Virus record (IMG/VR): IMGVR_UViG_3300033463_000016
Span: 125,995 to 170,934 of that record
Length of the DNA stretch: 44,940 nucleotides
Source of the DNA: a virus
Lineage: Duplodnaviria; Heunggongvirae; Uroviricota; Caudoviricetes
Strand: one strand, 5' to 3'
The translations under genes were made by a program, and so were the position numbers. Every line of letters starts with the position of its first letter. Within the stretch, counting starts at the first letter, position 1. This document shows, in pieces, positions 35,701 through 44,940 of this stretch. The notes beneath the pieces were generated by a model. That model searched no databases and was not told the DNA's origin. It saw nothing but the letters and a program-made list of their open reading frames with translations.

Positions 35701-38647
35701 TTTTGATTCTTTAGATAGAACAGTTAATTATGTTGCAGATACATCAGGATTGCCAAAATATTTTTCAACTATTACACGGTACGTAAACTATGTTAAAACT
35801 GGTGATGTAGATGTCAATGGCACGGCTCATTTAAGTGGAACAGCAAATGCAAGTGGCGATTGGGGAACTGCCCCAGGAGGAACAACTCTTGTTGGTGAAC
35901 TTGGTCGTGAAATCGTTGTTGATCCACATACAGGAAAATGGTACACTGTCGGAGATAATGGAGCGGAATTTAGGGACATTCCAGCCGGTGCAATCGTATT
36001 TAATCATAAACAGACTGAGCAGTTGCTTAAAAATGGTTATGTAGCCGGTCGTGCATCTGCGCTTGTTAGTGGAACGGCATTAGTCACTGGTGGCTATAAA
36101 CCATACACGCCGGGTAATTATTCTGGTGGCGGTGGTGGAAGTTCAAGTTCTTCTTCCTCATCAAGTTCGAGTAGCAGCAAGAGTTCAAGCAGTAGTTCAA
36201 ATGATAGTTCTGACGACAAAGAGAGCATAAATTATATTGAAATTGCCCTCGATCGTATTCACCGTGCCGTCGAGCGGTTAAAGAAAGTAGCCGAAAGTAC
36301 ATACAAAACTCTTTCAAAACGATTAGCTGCTACAACTGATGCAATCTCAAAGGTCAATGAAGAATTAGATGCGCAAAACAAGGCATATAACGCATATATC
36401 AAAAAAGCTAATTCTATAAACCTGTCAGAATCAATCAAGAAGTTGGTACGCGAGGGAGCATACAATATAACTGAATATGACTCTGATACCGCAAAACTAA
36501 TTAATGAATATAAAGAGTATTATGAGGCTGCATTAGATTGTAAAGACGAAATCCAACAACTAAACGAAGATATTGCGGCTCTTTATCGTGATAAGTTCGA
36601 TCTTATTGAAAAGGATTTTGATAATAAACTTCAAAGGCTTGAAAATTCAGCAAAGCGAACAGAAAGCGAAATTGATTTATTAGAAGCCCAACATTATTTT
36701 GTATCTGGTTCATATTATAAACAGTTAGCTGACCAAGAAACAGCTAACATTGATATGCTTGATAAGAAATATGCTGATCTAAGTGTCGCTTTAGATGAAG
36801 CCGTAAAGTCAGGCAAAATTGCGGAATACAGCGAAGAATGGTACGATATGAAACTTGCCATTGAGGATGTTCGTGCCGCAATTGATGACGCCGCTGTTTC
36901 TTTGGCAGAATACGAAGATAAGATTCGTGAGATCAATTGGAGTATCTTCGATTATGGTCTTGAAAGAATTGGACAAATAACCGCTGAGTCTGACTTCTTA
37001 ATCGACTTGATGAGCAATTCAAAAATGTTCGACGATTCTGGTGCATTTACCAATGAGGGACTTGCAACTGCCGGACTTCACGGAGTAAACTACAACACTT
37101 ATATGGGCGAAGCGGACAGATACGCACAAGAACTTATTGATATTAATCAGAGAATTGCTGACGACCCTGCCGATATGAGATTAATTGAACGCCGCGAAGA
37201 ATTACTCAAATTACAGCAGGATGCAATTAGAAACGCCGAGCAAGAAAAGCAAGCAATCAAAGATTTGGTTGCGGAAGGAATCAAAGTCCAACTCGATGCC
37301 TTAAAAGAACTGATTGACGAGTATAAAGATTCTTTAGATGTGCAAAAAAGTTTCTATGATTTCCAAAACAAGGTTGAAGAAAAGACTAAAAATATTGCGG
37401 AAATTCAAAAGAAATTAGCAGCATATCAAAACAACGTGTCAGAGGAAACCCAAGCGAAAATTCAAAAGTTGCAAGTTGAATTGTCTGATGCTTATAAGGA
37501 ATTAGAAAAAACCGAGTATGAGCAGTATATCGCAGATGCTAAAAAATTACTCGACGATATGTATAACGATTATGAGGAATTACTGAATAAACGTTTGGAC
37601 GATATTGATTCCCTGATGTCCGATATGATTGATACCATCAATACTAATGCAACCGATATTGGCACTACGATTAGTGAAGTTACTGGCAATGTTGGTTATA
37701 CTCTAACAGAGAATATGACCGATATTTGGAGTAAGAGTGATGCTGCCACAGAGGGGATTATTACCAAATATGGTGATGGTTTTTCGGAATCTCTTACGAC
37801 AGTAAACGCATTGCTTACAAGCATCGAAAATGGTGTTGATATATTAACTGGCGGCAAGATTACCGAGCAAAAAACCGCAGCGGAGAGAAAGGCTGAAAGC
37901 GAAGCAAAAGCCGAAGAAAATCCGAAAAAGGAAGAAGAACCAAATCAGACCACTCAGCCTCAAACTCAGCCAAGTCAAACCACAGCGCCCAAGAGAACCG
38001 ACAAAGATAACTATGGTGTTGCTTTGGCTATTATCAACGGTAATTATGGTTGGGGCGATGGTAATACTCGTAAAAAGCGACTTGAAGCCAAAGGATTTAA
38101 TTATAACACCGTCCAGGGTATTGTAAATAAACTTTGGAATGAGGGCTACGTGATGTCGAGCGCGTGGGTTGGAAGATACTACGGGATCAAGGATTTAACA
38201 CCTTATGGGTATAGCAAGTATAAAACAGGTGGATTGGTTGATTATACTGGTCTTGCTCAACTTGATGGCACGCCATCAAAGCCTGAATTAGTATTAAACG
38301 CACAAGATACGGATAACTTTATCGCTTTAAGAGATGTTTTACGTAGTTTAGCAAGTATGCCGCTTTCATTTATGAATGGACAAACTTATGCTGGCTTGGA
38401 GAGTCCAGAGTTCTCAGCGTTTGCGTTCGACACGTTTAAGCGTTATGCTTTAACAAATGGTTCTACCGGTCGTGGTGATACAACTGTGACATTTGGTGAT
38501 ATACTGATCGATCACGTTGAGGATTATGATGATTTTATCCGTCAGCTTAAAAGCGATAAGAAATTCGAGGAATTTATTAATGCAATAACTGTTGATCGAT
38601 TGAGTGGCAGAAGTTCATTATCAAAAAACAATATTAATTGGAGATAA
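32705..38647 (+). CDS. Tape measure protein, exon 2 (1980 aa; spliced product 2730 aa)
   Basis: Long Ala/Ser/Glu-rich helical ORF with a Gly/Ser linker, coiled coils, a CW_7-like motif and C-terminal TGGLVDYTGLAQLDGTPSKPELVLN; in frame with exon 1 after intron removal. Confidence 0.9.
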   Translation, partial: SVLKSGEYLAMAANLTNLQKVLFTLTSAFPNLGAAITTVIATLRNGEGAAVAFKVALQGLVNVIKAHPYLLVAAAVVALTVAMVKLAGAAKEASKAADELKRSSMEEASKAREEVNTLNQLIAKYKELAESDTQDVNTREEIASVQSDITDLVGAQADNLDLVNGKLDEEIAKLNQIRKEEADKAVASSVSAYHTAKDSHDKAMGEYSALMFNGYAYVSDEWWQNEDDLIDLLRDNGFTNVSTGGLFNSHTFITDQEDENNRRLEGATEKAEFLSRMIDVIKQQYSDYASSDIYNALVKQRDAYLKYGSDMKKAAQDLADAEIIAKSYDGELGNIDVKSLEDYEQYRDKLIELVSNSLDLKEALDNGDLTTEDIIGRVDTYLGTMPVFSEYFNQFSKLEQHKEKIKAIKDAFNSSDWLKSIDSITARRERDSFTEWIDSLPDDAVDIVYKISCETDTAKYNLQDWKDALANYDVVANLTADDIKKKWENSVSETNKAISNIGSVQEILSSQKSGVSISIDDFNSDSLKDYRTALEYVNGTMQLNADKVNEIIQAKTDEQIAVNNTNKALAQAKYLDNAKQIEQYRKQLRESNNLTDTQKSKIQSNIDALLKENSTLATTCSQYDLLSASLREATGAYQHWLNAQSSSDYGDMANDAVSAIQRIRDTYDSESDIFGNFGSKKFDAAVDFIVPDSVDPNDLDAIESYMADFQKYLTFDDNGKADGLNIDKFLSDSVEAGLMSYSEDDGFKILGGKKMEDFAEGLNLSSGVVQAFFDELQLKGGEFDWSDEAVKTIGDLAIEANEAAEALRKIYGNSDLKIKMDVSDLETTEEQVAALDATIAEMDGIKAKPGVDSSEIDNANAVIQYCLMQKQLLTQPDVMRVDTSKVEGDIGNAIALLQDFQKAQNDLEIKQKIGADTTDAKNEITSLTTQIQNLSPDIKAKLELDSTSTESIKTSISSLTAETINVKAEVDASAISGYTPETKQCDVIYNPKTDLLPKSFDSLDRTVNYVADTSGLPKYFSTITRYVNYVKTGDVDVNGTAHLSGTANASGDWGTAPGGTTLVGELGREIVVDPHTGKWYTVGDNGAEFRDIPAGAIVFNHKQTEQLLKNGYVAGRASALVSGTALVTGGYKPYTPGNYSGGGGGSSSSSSSSSSSSSKSSSSSSNDSSDDKESINYIEIALDRIHRAVERLKKVAESTYKTLSKRLAATTDAISKVNEELDAQNKAYNAYIKKANSINLSESIKKLVREGAYNITEYDSDTAKLINEYKEYYEAALDCKDEIQQLNEDIAALYRDKFDLIEKDFDNKLQRLENSAKRTESEIDLLEAQHYFVSGSYYKQLADQETANIDMLDKKYADLSVALDEAVKSGKIAEYSEEWYDMKLAIEDVRAAIDDAAVSLAEYEDKIREINWSIFDYGLERIGQITAESDFLIDLMSNSKMFDDSGAFTNEGLATAGLHGVNYNTYMGEADRYAQELIDINQRIADDPADMRLIERREELLKLQQDAIRNAEQEKQAIKDLVAEGIKVQLDALKELIDEYKDSLDVQKSFYDFQNKVEEKTKNIAEIQKKLAAYQNNVSEETQAKIQKLQVELSDAYKELEKTEYEQYIADAKKLLDDMYNDYEELLNKRLDDIDSLMSDMIDTINTNATDIGTTISEVTGNVGYTLTENMTDIWSKSDAATEGIITKYGDGFSESLTTVNALLTSIENGVDILTGGKITEQKTAAERKAESEAKAEENPKKEEEPNQTTQPQTQPSQTTAPKRTDKDNYGVALAIINGNYGWGDGNTRKKRLEAKGFNYNTVQGIVNKLWNEGYVMSSAWVGRYYGIKDLTPYGYSKYKTGGLVDYTGLAQLDGTPSKPELVLNAQDTDNFIALRDVLRSLASMPLSFMNGQTYAGLESPEFSAFAFDTFKRYALTNGSTGRGDTTVTFGDILIDHVEDYDDFIRQLKSDKKFEEFINAITVDRLSGRSSLSKNNINWR

Positions 38648-38650
38648 GAT

Positions 38651-38680
38651 AGAGAGGGATAGAAATTATCCCTCTCTTTT
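38651..38680 (+). terminator. Terminator-like hairpin after the tape measure gene
   Basis: AGAGAGGGAT-N7-ATCCCTCTCT followed by TTT. Confidence 0.6.
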
Positions 38681-38691
38681 GCTATAGGAGA

Positions 38692-38958
38692 ATGAGTATG
38701 GAAATGAAAAAACGATTATTGAAGCGTATAAAAGAACTCGAAGAAGAAAGAGATCGATTACGCTCAGAAAATGATAAGTTCTTGGAATCACAAGAAGAAT
38801 TGAAAAAACTAATTGATTTTTATCAAAGTGCTGTTGATAAATATGATAAAGCCAAAAATCAATATCTCGAATTGATAGTGGATTTGAAAAAACAGAAAAA
38901 AGAGTTTAACAATGATTTTCAAAAACTGATTTCAAGATTAGATAAAGATATAAAATAA
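38692..38958 (+). CDS. Small coiled-coil hypothetical protein
   Basis: 88 aa with heptad-like charged repeats. Confidence 0.7.
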   Translation: MSMEMKKRLLKRIKELEEERDRLRSENDKFLESQEELKKLIDFYQSAVDKYDKAKNQYLELIVDLKKQKKEFNNDFQKLISRLDKDIK

Positions 38959-38982
38959 ATAAATAATGCAGGAGGTGATAAT

Positions 38983-41900
38983 GTGGCAATAAGAATCGAT
39001 TTCGATAGTGCGCATAATGCCATTAGTCCCACCTTTGTTTTGGCTAAACGGTATGGAGATCGGATTGGAGTTATTCCTGCAACAAATATTGTATGTAAAG
39101 ATACAATGAATAGTTATTCTGAAATATCATTTCAAGTTGATAAGGTAGATACCAATATGTGGGATGATATTAAAGATTTTCAAATAATGTGGTGCAAGGA
39201 ATGGAATCTTTGGTTTGAAATCTATGTAACAATTAATGAAACTAACTCATTAATAAAGTATGTTACCGCGAAATCGTTGGGTGAAGCCGAATTATCACAG
39301 GTTAAGTTGTATGGCGTTGAAATTAACTCTGATGATGACATAGCAAGGGATGACTATGTTGATCCTACGGTATTTTATAACAATTCTAACCATAGAGTTT
39401 CATTGCTTCATAGATTAACTACAAAAGTGCCGCACTACAATATTAAGCACGTTGATATGAGTTTGGCGTTAAAGGAATACACTTTTTCATTTGATGACGT
39501 TTCTATCTATGACGCATTTAAGCAAATATCTGAAAAGGTTAATTGTTTATTTGTAATTGAAGTAGAAACCAACTCGTCTAATCAGATTGAGCGTAATATC
39601 AGCGTTTATGACTTAGAGGGGTATTGTTTGAATTGCGGTTATCGTGGAGAGTTTATTGACGTTTGCCCGGAATGTGGAAGCACAAATGTGCTAAATGGAT
39701 ATGGTGATGACACAAGTATATTTGTTTCTGCTGAAAATTTGACTAATGAAATCAAATATTCAACCAATGTGGATTCTGTTAAGAATTGTTTTAGATTGGT
39801 TGCCGGTGACGATCTTATGACAGCTACGGTTGCAAGCTGCAATCCAAGTGGTGGATATATGTGGTTTATTTCTGATGAAATGAAAGAAACTATGTCAGAT
39901 GCTTTGCGATCTGCACTTGTGTCTTATAATGATACGTTTGACTATTATCAGAGTGAGTATGAGCCATCATTTCCTGATGCGAGAAACGTAAACACTATTT
40001 CTTATACTTTGCCTGTCAATAGTTGGAGCGGTGGAGCACAAATCGTTGATATTCATACATCATATGCCATAACCAAAGATACAAGAATTTTTGTTAGTGT
40101 TAATGCTGCCACACAAACTCAGTTAGAATCCGATGGTTGCGATAAGATTTATGTGACCAATGAGGATGGAGTTTTAGTAGCGCACTATTCTGGCAATTCG
40201 CCATCTGTTGATATTACTGTCCAATTAACTGTTAAAGAATTGATTAACCTTTATAACGATTTATTGACTACATATGGTCGAAGTACAAGTGTTATCAACA
40301 ATATTCAAGGATATTCTCAACTAATGAATATTTACTATGATACGATTGATTTATATTTGTATCTAAGCAGTGGAATGATGCCATCTGTTGAAACTGAAAC
40401 AACTACGGCGCAAATACAAACAGAAAACATATATACGGCTATGAATAATAGTAATGTTGCCGTCCAAAAATTATCTACTGCATCAACTTCAACGGTTAAT
40501 AGTACGGTTTTGAATTATGCCAAAATATTGATTGACTATCATTATCAGATTAAGGTAGATACTGAGCATAGTTCTTATAATTCAACTACACATAAATGGA
40601 CTGGCAAATTTATTATTACTAATTATTCAAATGAAGAAGATACATATACGAGTGCAAACAATGTTGTAATCAATGTAAACGATGATTACCAAACTTATAT
40701 CAACCAAATTATTGATAAGGCTTTTTATAAGAAGCGTGATGATGTTGATATTAGTACAATTTTTGCTATTTCCAATGAAACATCTTTTAAGAATACGTTA
40801 AAGCAATATTGCTTGGCACGTCTTAATAGTTTTCACGGAGCGTGTCAATCTGTACTTGATATTTTGATTGAACAATGCGGCACTTTGGGATGGAAGAACG
40901 CCAGTGCAGAATTACAATCCACATACAATAACTACTATCAAAAACTTATTTGGGTTGATGAAGAAATTAAACTCAGAGAAAGTGAAATAGAAATACTTAT
41001 TGGAAAACGCAATAATGATATTCTTATAGCAGATGGTTTTCAGGCTAAGATTCAAGCGAAAATTTATGAAATTCAACAAGCATTAGACCTTGAAACCTAT
41101 CTCGGCTCTACCCTATGGCGCGAATTTGTTTCTTTTCGCCGAGAAGATACCTATACTAACGACAATTATGTGTCCGATGGTCTTGATAATGCAGAATTGT
41201 TTGAGAAAGCCGAGGAATATTTGAAAGATGCTAAAATTGAGATTTTCAAATCCGCGACTTTGCAACATCAAATTTCTGCAACATTGAAGAATCTTTTAGT
41301 TATTCCCGCGTTTTCAACTATCGTTGATAATTTTGAAATCGGTAATTGGCTCAGGCTTAGAGTTGATGATAAAGTTTACCGATTAAGGTTAATTGAGTAC
41401 ACGATTGACTATTCCGATTTAAGTAATTTGTCAATCACATTCTCGGACGTTGCAAAAACATTGAATGGTTATTCTGACCTAAAGAGTATTTTGAGCCAAG
41501 CGAGTTCTATGGCTACGTCTTATAATGCTGTATCTAAGCAAGCCGCCAAAGGTAGCCGGAGCAAGGAACTTTTGGATAATTGGGTTGAGCGCGGATTATC
41601 TGTAACGACGACGAATATTATCAATGTTGCGGACGAGCAAGAGCAAACGTGGGACGAACACGGTATGCTATTCCGTAAATATGATACAATTAACGACAAG
41701 TATGAAGATACGCAGTTGAAGATTATAAACTCTACTTTGGCTGTGACGGATAATAATTGGCGCACTTCAAAAGCCGCAATTGGTAAATTTAATTTCTTTA
41801 ATCCACAAAATGGCGAATTGGAGGAAGCCTATGGTGTAATTGCAGATACCCTCGTTGGAAATTTAATCCTTTCAGAAGATGTTGGTATTTATAATTCAGA

Positions 41901-42621
41901 AAATAGTATCACGCTTAATAAAAATGGATTAATTATTACAGTTGATGAAACTTTTGAGGATAATGTCAAAACTGCTTTATTGGTTCAAAAGAAAGAATTG
42001 GATGGAAATGAAGAAGAACAGTTTACAAAATTATTCTGTATTAATTCTGAGGGTGAGTTTTATCTTAATGGCTCAGTAAAAATAAACACTCCTGTAGAAG
42101 GCGAAGAAGGAAATGGACTAACTCTTGATGAATTGGCTGATCCTGATCGTGTAACGGGAAAAGTAAATGAGATAATCGATTCAGTTCTAAATTCAGATGA
42201 CGAAAGTATTATTGTATTTGTTACAGATGCGGATGGCAATATGCAATTTGATCCGAATACAGGGGAACCGTTGACACAAGAAAGAACTGTTAGTGGCTTA
42301 TATAGTAAAATAGATGCTCAGTATAGTAACTCGGTTGCTTATACACAGTATATGCTTAATAAATATAAAACAGAAGTATCACAGTATATGACATTCGATA
42401 GCGATCGTGGATTAATCCTTGGTTCAACAGAAAACTCATTCTTTACACAAGTTACTAATGAAGAACTTGCATTTTTTAATGGTAATACAAAGGTTGCTTA
42501 TATGTCAGGTATTCAATTATATATTGATAATGCTGTTATCAATAAGACAATGCAGCTTGGACAGTTTTTCTTTTCACCAAGAAATGATGGCGGTATTTCA
42601 ATTACTTGGCAAGGAGATTAA
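38983..42621 (+). CDS. Tail tip hub/spike protein (Tal-like)
   Basis: 1212 aa after the TMP gene; GGAGGTGA RBS with GTG start; FEIGNWLRL..DDKVYRLRLIEYTIDY..L..TFSD segment typical of siphophage tail-spike proteins; CxxC..CPECG zinc site. Confidence 0.7.
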   Translation: MAIRIDFDSAHNAISPTFVLAKRYGDRIGVIPATNIVCKDTMNSYSEISFQVDKVDTNMWDDIKDFQIMWCKEWNLWFEIYVTINETNSLIKYVTAKSLGEAELSQVKLYGVEINSDDDIARDDYVDPTVFYNNSNHRVSLLHRLTTKVPHYNIKHVDMSLALKEYTFSFDDVSIYDAFKQISEKVNCLFVIEVETNSSNQIERNISVYDLEGYCLNCGYRGEFIDVCPECGSTNVLNGYGDDTSIFVSAENLTNEIKYSTNVDSVKNCFRLVAGDDLMTATVASCNPSGGYMWFISDEMKETMSDALRSALVSYNDTFDYYQSEYEPSFPDARNVNTISYTLPVNSWSGGAQIVDIHTSYAITKDTRIFVSVNAATQTQLESDGCDKIYVTNEDGVLVAHYSGNSPSVDITVQLTVKELINLYNDLLTTYGRSTSVINNIQGYSQLMNIYYDTIDLYLYLSSGMMPSVETETTTAQIQTENIYTAMNNSNVAVQKLSTASTSTVNSTVLNYAKILIDYHYQIKVDTEHSSYNSTTHKWTGKFIITNYSNEEDTYTSANNVVINVNDDYQTYINQIIDKAFYKKRDDVDISTIFAISNETSFKNTLKQYCLARLNSFHGACQSVLDILIEQCGTLGWKNASAELQSTYNNYYQKLIWVDEEIKLRESEIEILIGKRNNDILIADGFQAKIQAKIYEIQQALDLETYLGSTLWREFVSFRREDTYTNDNYVSDGLDNAELFEKAEEYLKDAKIEIFKSATLQHQISATLKNLLVIPAFSTIVDNFEIGNWLRLRVDDKVYRLRLIEYTIDYSDLSNLSITFSDVAKTLNGYSDLKSILSQASSMATSYNAVSKQAAKGSRSKELLDNWVERGLSVTTTNIINVADEQEQTWDEHGMLFRKYDTINDKYEDTQLKIINSTLAVTDNNWRTSKAAIGKFNFFNPQNGELEEAYGVIADTLVGNLILSEDVGIYNSENSITLNKNGLIITVDETFEDNVKTALLVQKKELDGNEEEQFTKLFCINSEGEFYLNGSVKINTPVEGEEGNGLTLDELADPDRVTGKVNEIIDSVLNSDDESIIVFVTDADGNMQFDPNTGEPLTQERTVSGLYSKIDAQYSNSVAYTQYMLNKYKTEVSQYMTFDSDRGLILGSTENSFFTQVTNEELAFFNGNTKVAYMSGIQLYIDNAVINKTMQLGQFFFSPRNDGGISITWQGD

Positions 42622-42641
42622 GATAATGGAGGTGATATTAT

Positions 42642-44940
42642 ATGGCATCTGGTGTTTCTGGTAATGTAAGTGTTACTTATGGAAATTGCATTTTTAAGAT
42701 TTATTACGAGGAAACTTATACTCTTTCAACAAATACAACGAACACTTTTAAAATCACTAAAATAGGAATCACTTCAAAAAATCGTGCAGAAGGATTTTTC
42801 GTGAATGGAAAAGTAAAAGTAAACGGTACTGCTGTTTTAACAATGGAAGGAACTGTTTATGGCAATTATTGCGCTGGTAAACCGAGTGGGCATACATTAC
42901 TTGCGCCCAATGCCGGTACTGAGGGATATTTATACTATGATAATGGAACTTCATATTCATTAGTAACAGCAAGTGTATCTAATATTGGTCATAATGCTGA
43001 TGGTTCCAAATCAATAACAGTTGCTATAGAAGATATTGATTTATATTCTATGACTTATGGTAATTGGAAATGGAGCAATTATGACAAATCTTGGACGGTT
43101 AATTTGACAACAATTCCGAGAGCTTCTACTATTTCGTCTGCAAGTAATGTGACATTGGGAAATAATTGTAGCATAACTTGGACGCCAGCTTCTTCGACAT
43201 TCAAATATAAGCTGAAATTTGTTATTAGTAATTGGAGTTATACAACGCCTAATTTTATTACTCCTAATAGCACTGCTTCATATACTTATACTGGCTATGT
43301 CATTCCTTTGGCAGATGTGGCGCCATATATACCAAATTCAGCATCAAGTACAATGACGGCATATTTATATACATATAATGGTAATTCACAAATCGGATCA
43401 ACTCAAAGTAAAACATTTACTGTTCTATTGCCTTCAAATGTAATACCAACATTAAATGCTCCAACCGCAACAATAGTTAATACAAATTCAACTATTAATA
43501 GTTGGCGAGTGAATGGTAACCCTGTCGCAATAGCTGGTTATACAAAGATTAAAATAAGCGCAACAGCTACAGGAATATATGGGTCAACAATAAATAGTTT
43601 TTCTATATCGGGGAGTTATAGTGCAACACAGAACAGTTCATCTTTATCTTATACGGGCGGAGTTATTTCGACTTCTGGTGATAAAACATTTACTGTCGTT
43701 GCAAAAGATAGTCGTGGACGTAATTCAAATTCTGCAACAACGCCAGCAATTCCATTCTATTCTTATTCTAAACCAGAAATAACATCATTTATTATAAATC
43801 GAAACCCATCTAATGCACAAAAAATTATTGTGAATGCGAATTGGAGTTATTCTGAAATTGGAAGTAATAACACTCTTAATGTAAATTTACAATATAAAAC
43901 ATCATCCGAATCTGAATGGCATAATTATGGCTCTATTTCAAGAGGTACAGATGTTGAACTATTAGATACTTTTTCAGAGGCGAGTTCCTATAATTTCAAA
44001 TTAACAATTAGTGATTCATTATCATCATCAGCCCAAGAAGAAGGTTTTGTTTCTACCATTGCTGTGACTATGGATTTTAAAAGCGGCGGAAAAGGCATTG
44101 GTATTGGTAAAATAGCTGAAACAGATGCTCTTGAAATTGCGTTTGATACTGTATTTATGGGAAAAGTAAATATAGATAGCAATAATTTATTAATTGATAG
44201 TAAACCTCAATCTCAAACCGAATTTGATAATGGATACTATGGAATTAAAGCAGCAAAAACAGCAGAGTCATATTTATATGCGAGGCAAATAAATGGAATA
44301 AGATTCAATTATAATACTGATGGAATATTTGATTCACCAAATGATACAGATAGCTCAGATCGAGATGATGATTTAGCCACTACTGGATTTAATGCGGAAA
44401 ACGGTGAAGATGAGTTAAGTTCGACAGGTAGTTCTTCGGTAACTCTCCCGCACGCCGATAGATTCGATGGCTATGATCCATCAGAACATAATTATAAACT
44501 ATTTAATTATGCTTCTTTGCCATCGACAAAGAAAAAATTAGATAACAACTATCGTGGTGAAATCAATATATCTGACGACTTATCAAATTGTTCGGAGGGT
44601 TGGTATAAGAACAGTGTAGATAATACATATTGGTATTGGGATGGAAGTGAATTATATAATATTGATTATTATAATTATTTCGCTCCTGCTTTAGATTGCT
44701 CTACTTTTGTTTCATTGGTATTAAGGGGTATCCCATATCAAAATAGCCCTTGGGTAGTTTATGGAAAAATATCACAAAGCGGAGATTCATACAAAACTTA
44801 TAACACTTGGACGCCATCTAACATCGTTAATCTTTATGGATCAGAAGGTTGGGAACAAACAGAGATAGATTATCAACTCCCAAGACCGGAACTTAAAAGC
44901 AATGGTAGGGAAAGATATTATGCAGATATTGGAATATCTG
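42642..44940 (+). CDS. Tail fibre/host-specificity protein (DUF859-like) with a C-terminal NlpC/P60-like segment; partial
   Basis: ATG at 42642 behind GGAGGTGA. Translated by hand at both ends; its absence from the ORF track implies no internal stop. HNADGSKS and LTTIPRAS motifs, GIGIGKIAE, then LDCSTFVSLVLRGIPY. Confidence 0.75.
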   Translation, partial: MASGVSGNVSVTYGNCIFKIYYEETYTLSTNTTNTFKITKIGITSKNRAEGFFVNGKVKVNGTAVLTMEGTVYGNYCAGKPSGHTLLAPNAGTEGYLYYDNGTSYSLVTASVSNIGHNADGSKSITVAIEDIDLYSMTYGNWKWSNYDKSWTVNLTTIPRASTISSASNVTLGNNCSITWTPASSTFKYKLKFVISNWSYTTPNFITPNSTASYTYTGYVIPLADVAPYIPNSASSTMTAYLYTYNGNSQIGSTQSKTFTVLLPSNVIPTLNAPTATIVNTNSTINSWRVNGNPVAIAGYTKIKISATATGIYGSTINSFSISGSYSATQNSSSLSYTGGVISTSGDKTFTVVAKDSRGRNSNSATTPAIPFYSYSKPEITSFIINRNPSNAQKIIVNANWSYSEIGSNNTLNVNLQYKTSSESEWHNYGSISRGTDVELLDTFSEASSYNFKLTISDSLSSSAQEEGFVSTIAVTMDFKSGGKGIGIGKIAETDALEIAFDTVFMGKVNIDSNNLLIDSKPQSQTEFDNGYYGIKAAKTAESYLYARQINGIRFNYNTDGIFDSPNDTDSSDRDDDLATTGFNAENGEDELSSTGSSSVTLPHADRFDGYDPSEHNYKLFNYASLPSTKKKLDNNYRGEINISDDLSNCSEGWYKNSVDNTYWYWDGSELYNIDYYNYFAPALDCSTFVSLVLRGIPYQNSPWVVYGKISQSGDSYKTYNTWTPSNIVNLYGSEGWEQTEIDYQLPRPELKSNGRERYYADIGIS

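Larger units (their letters stand above)
1..44940 (+). mobile_element. Segment of a large SPbeta-like siphophage or prophage genome (transcription, tRNA, head and tail modules)
   Basis: Gene order: YonO-like RNAP, HU, terminase, portal, protease/scaffold, capsid, tail tube, tyrosine recombinase, tape measure, tail tip. Firmicutes-type RBSs. No host housekeeping genes seen. Confidence 0.95.

Noticed and set aside
36120-36215. Gly/Ser low-complexity tract
   Set aside because: It is an in-frame flexible linker with mixed Ser codons, not a DNA repeat element.
2274-44182. Remaining short ORF-track entries nested in or antisense to long genes
   Set aside because: They are shadow frames of well-supported coding sequences and I saw no independent RBS or motif support.
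1-44940. CRISPR array, diversity-generating retroelement or stop-codon reassignment
   Set aside because: No regularly spaced repeat-spacer array, no reverse transcriptase and no suppressor tRNA were seen. Long genes read through under the standard code, with TAA, TGA and TAG all used as stops.

Overview
This window is part of a large (about 35% GC by eye) temperate-type siphophage of a Gram-positive host, probably Clostridia, with gene order resembling Bacillus phage SPbeta. From left to right it contains: small leftward genes; a 1.4-kb non-coding control region with three LexA-type boxes and an AT-rich repeat array; two surface-protein-like genes; a YonO-like single-subunit RNA polymerase; ten tRNAs with a GIY-YIG endonuclease and several unexplained structured spacers; a beta-CASP nuclease, ClpP-like protein, phosphoesterase and HU; head genes; tail genes with a RecU-like nuclease and a tyrosine recombinase; a split tape measure gene; and tail-tip genes. 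The main result is that the tape measure split is explained by a predicted 925-nt group I intron (31780-32704). Its P3, P4, P7 and P8 helices, its P1 with the U.G splice-site pair and its 6-bp P10 can all be read from the sequence, and removing it fuses the two ORFs in frame into a 2730-aa protein. The intron has no homing endonuclease. Instead it carries an antisense cargo gene with its own promoter, RBS and terminator. All assignments come from reading motifs by eye; no database search or folding program was run.
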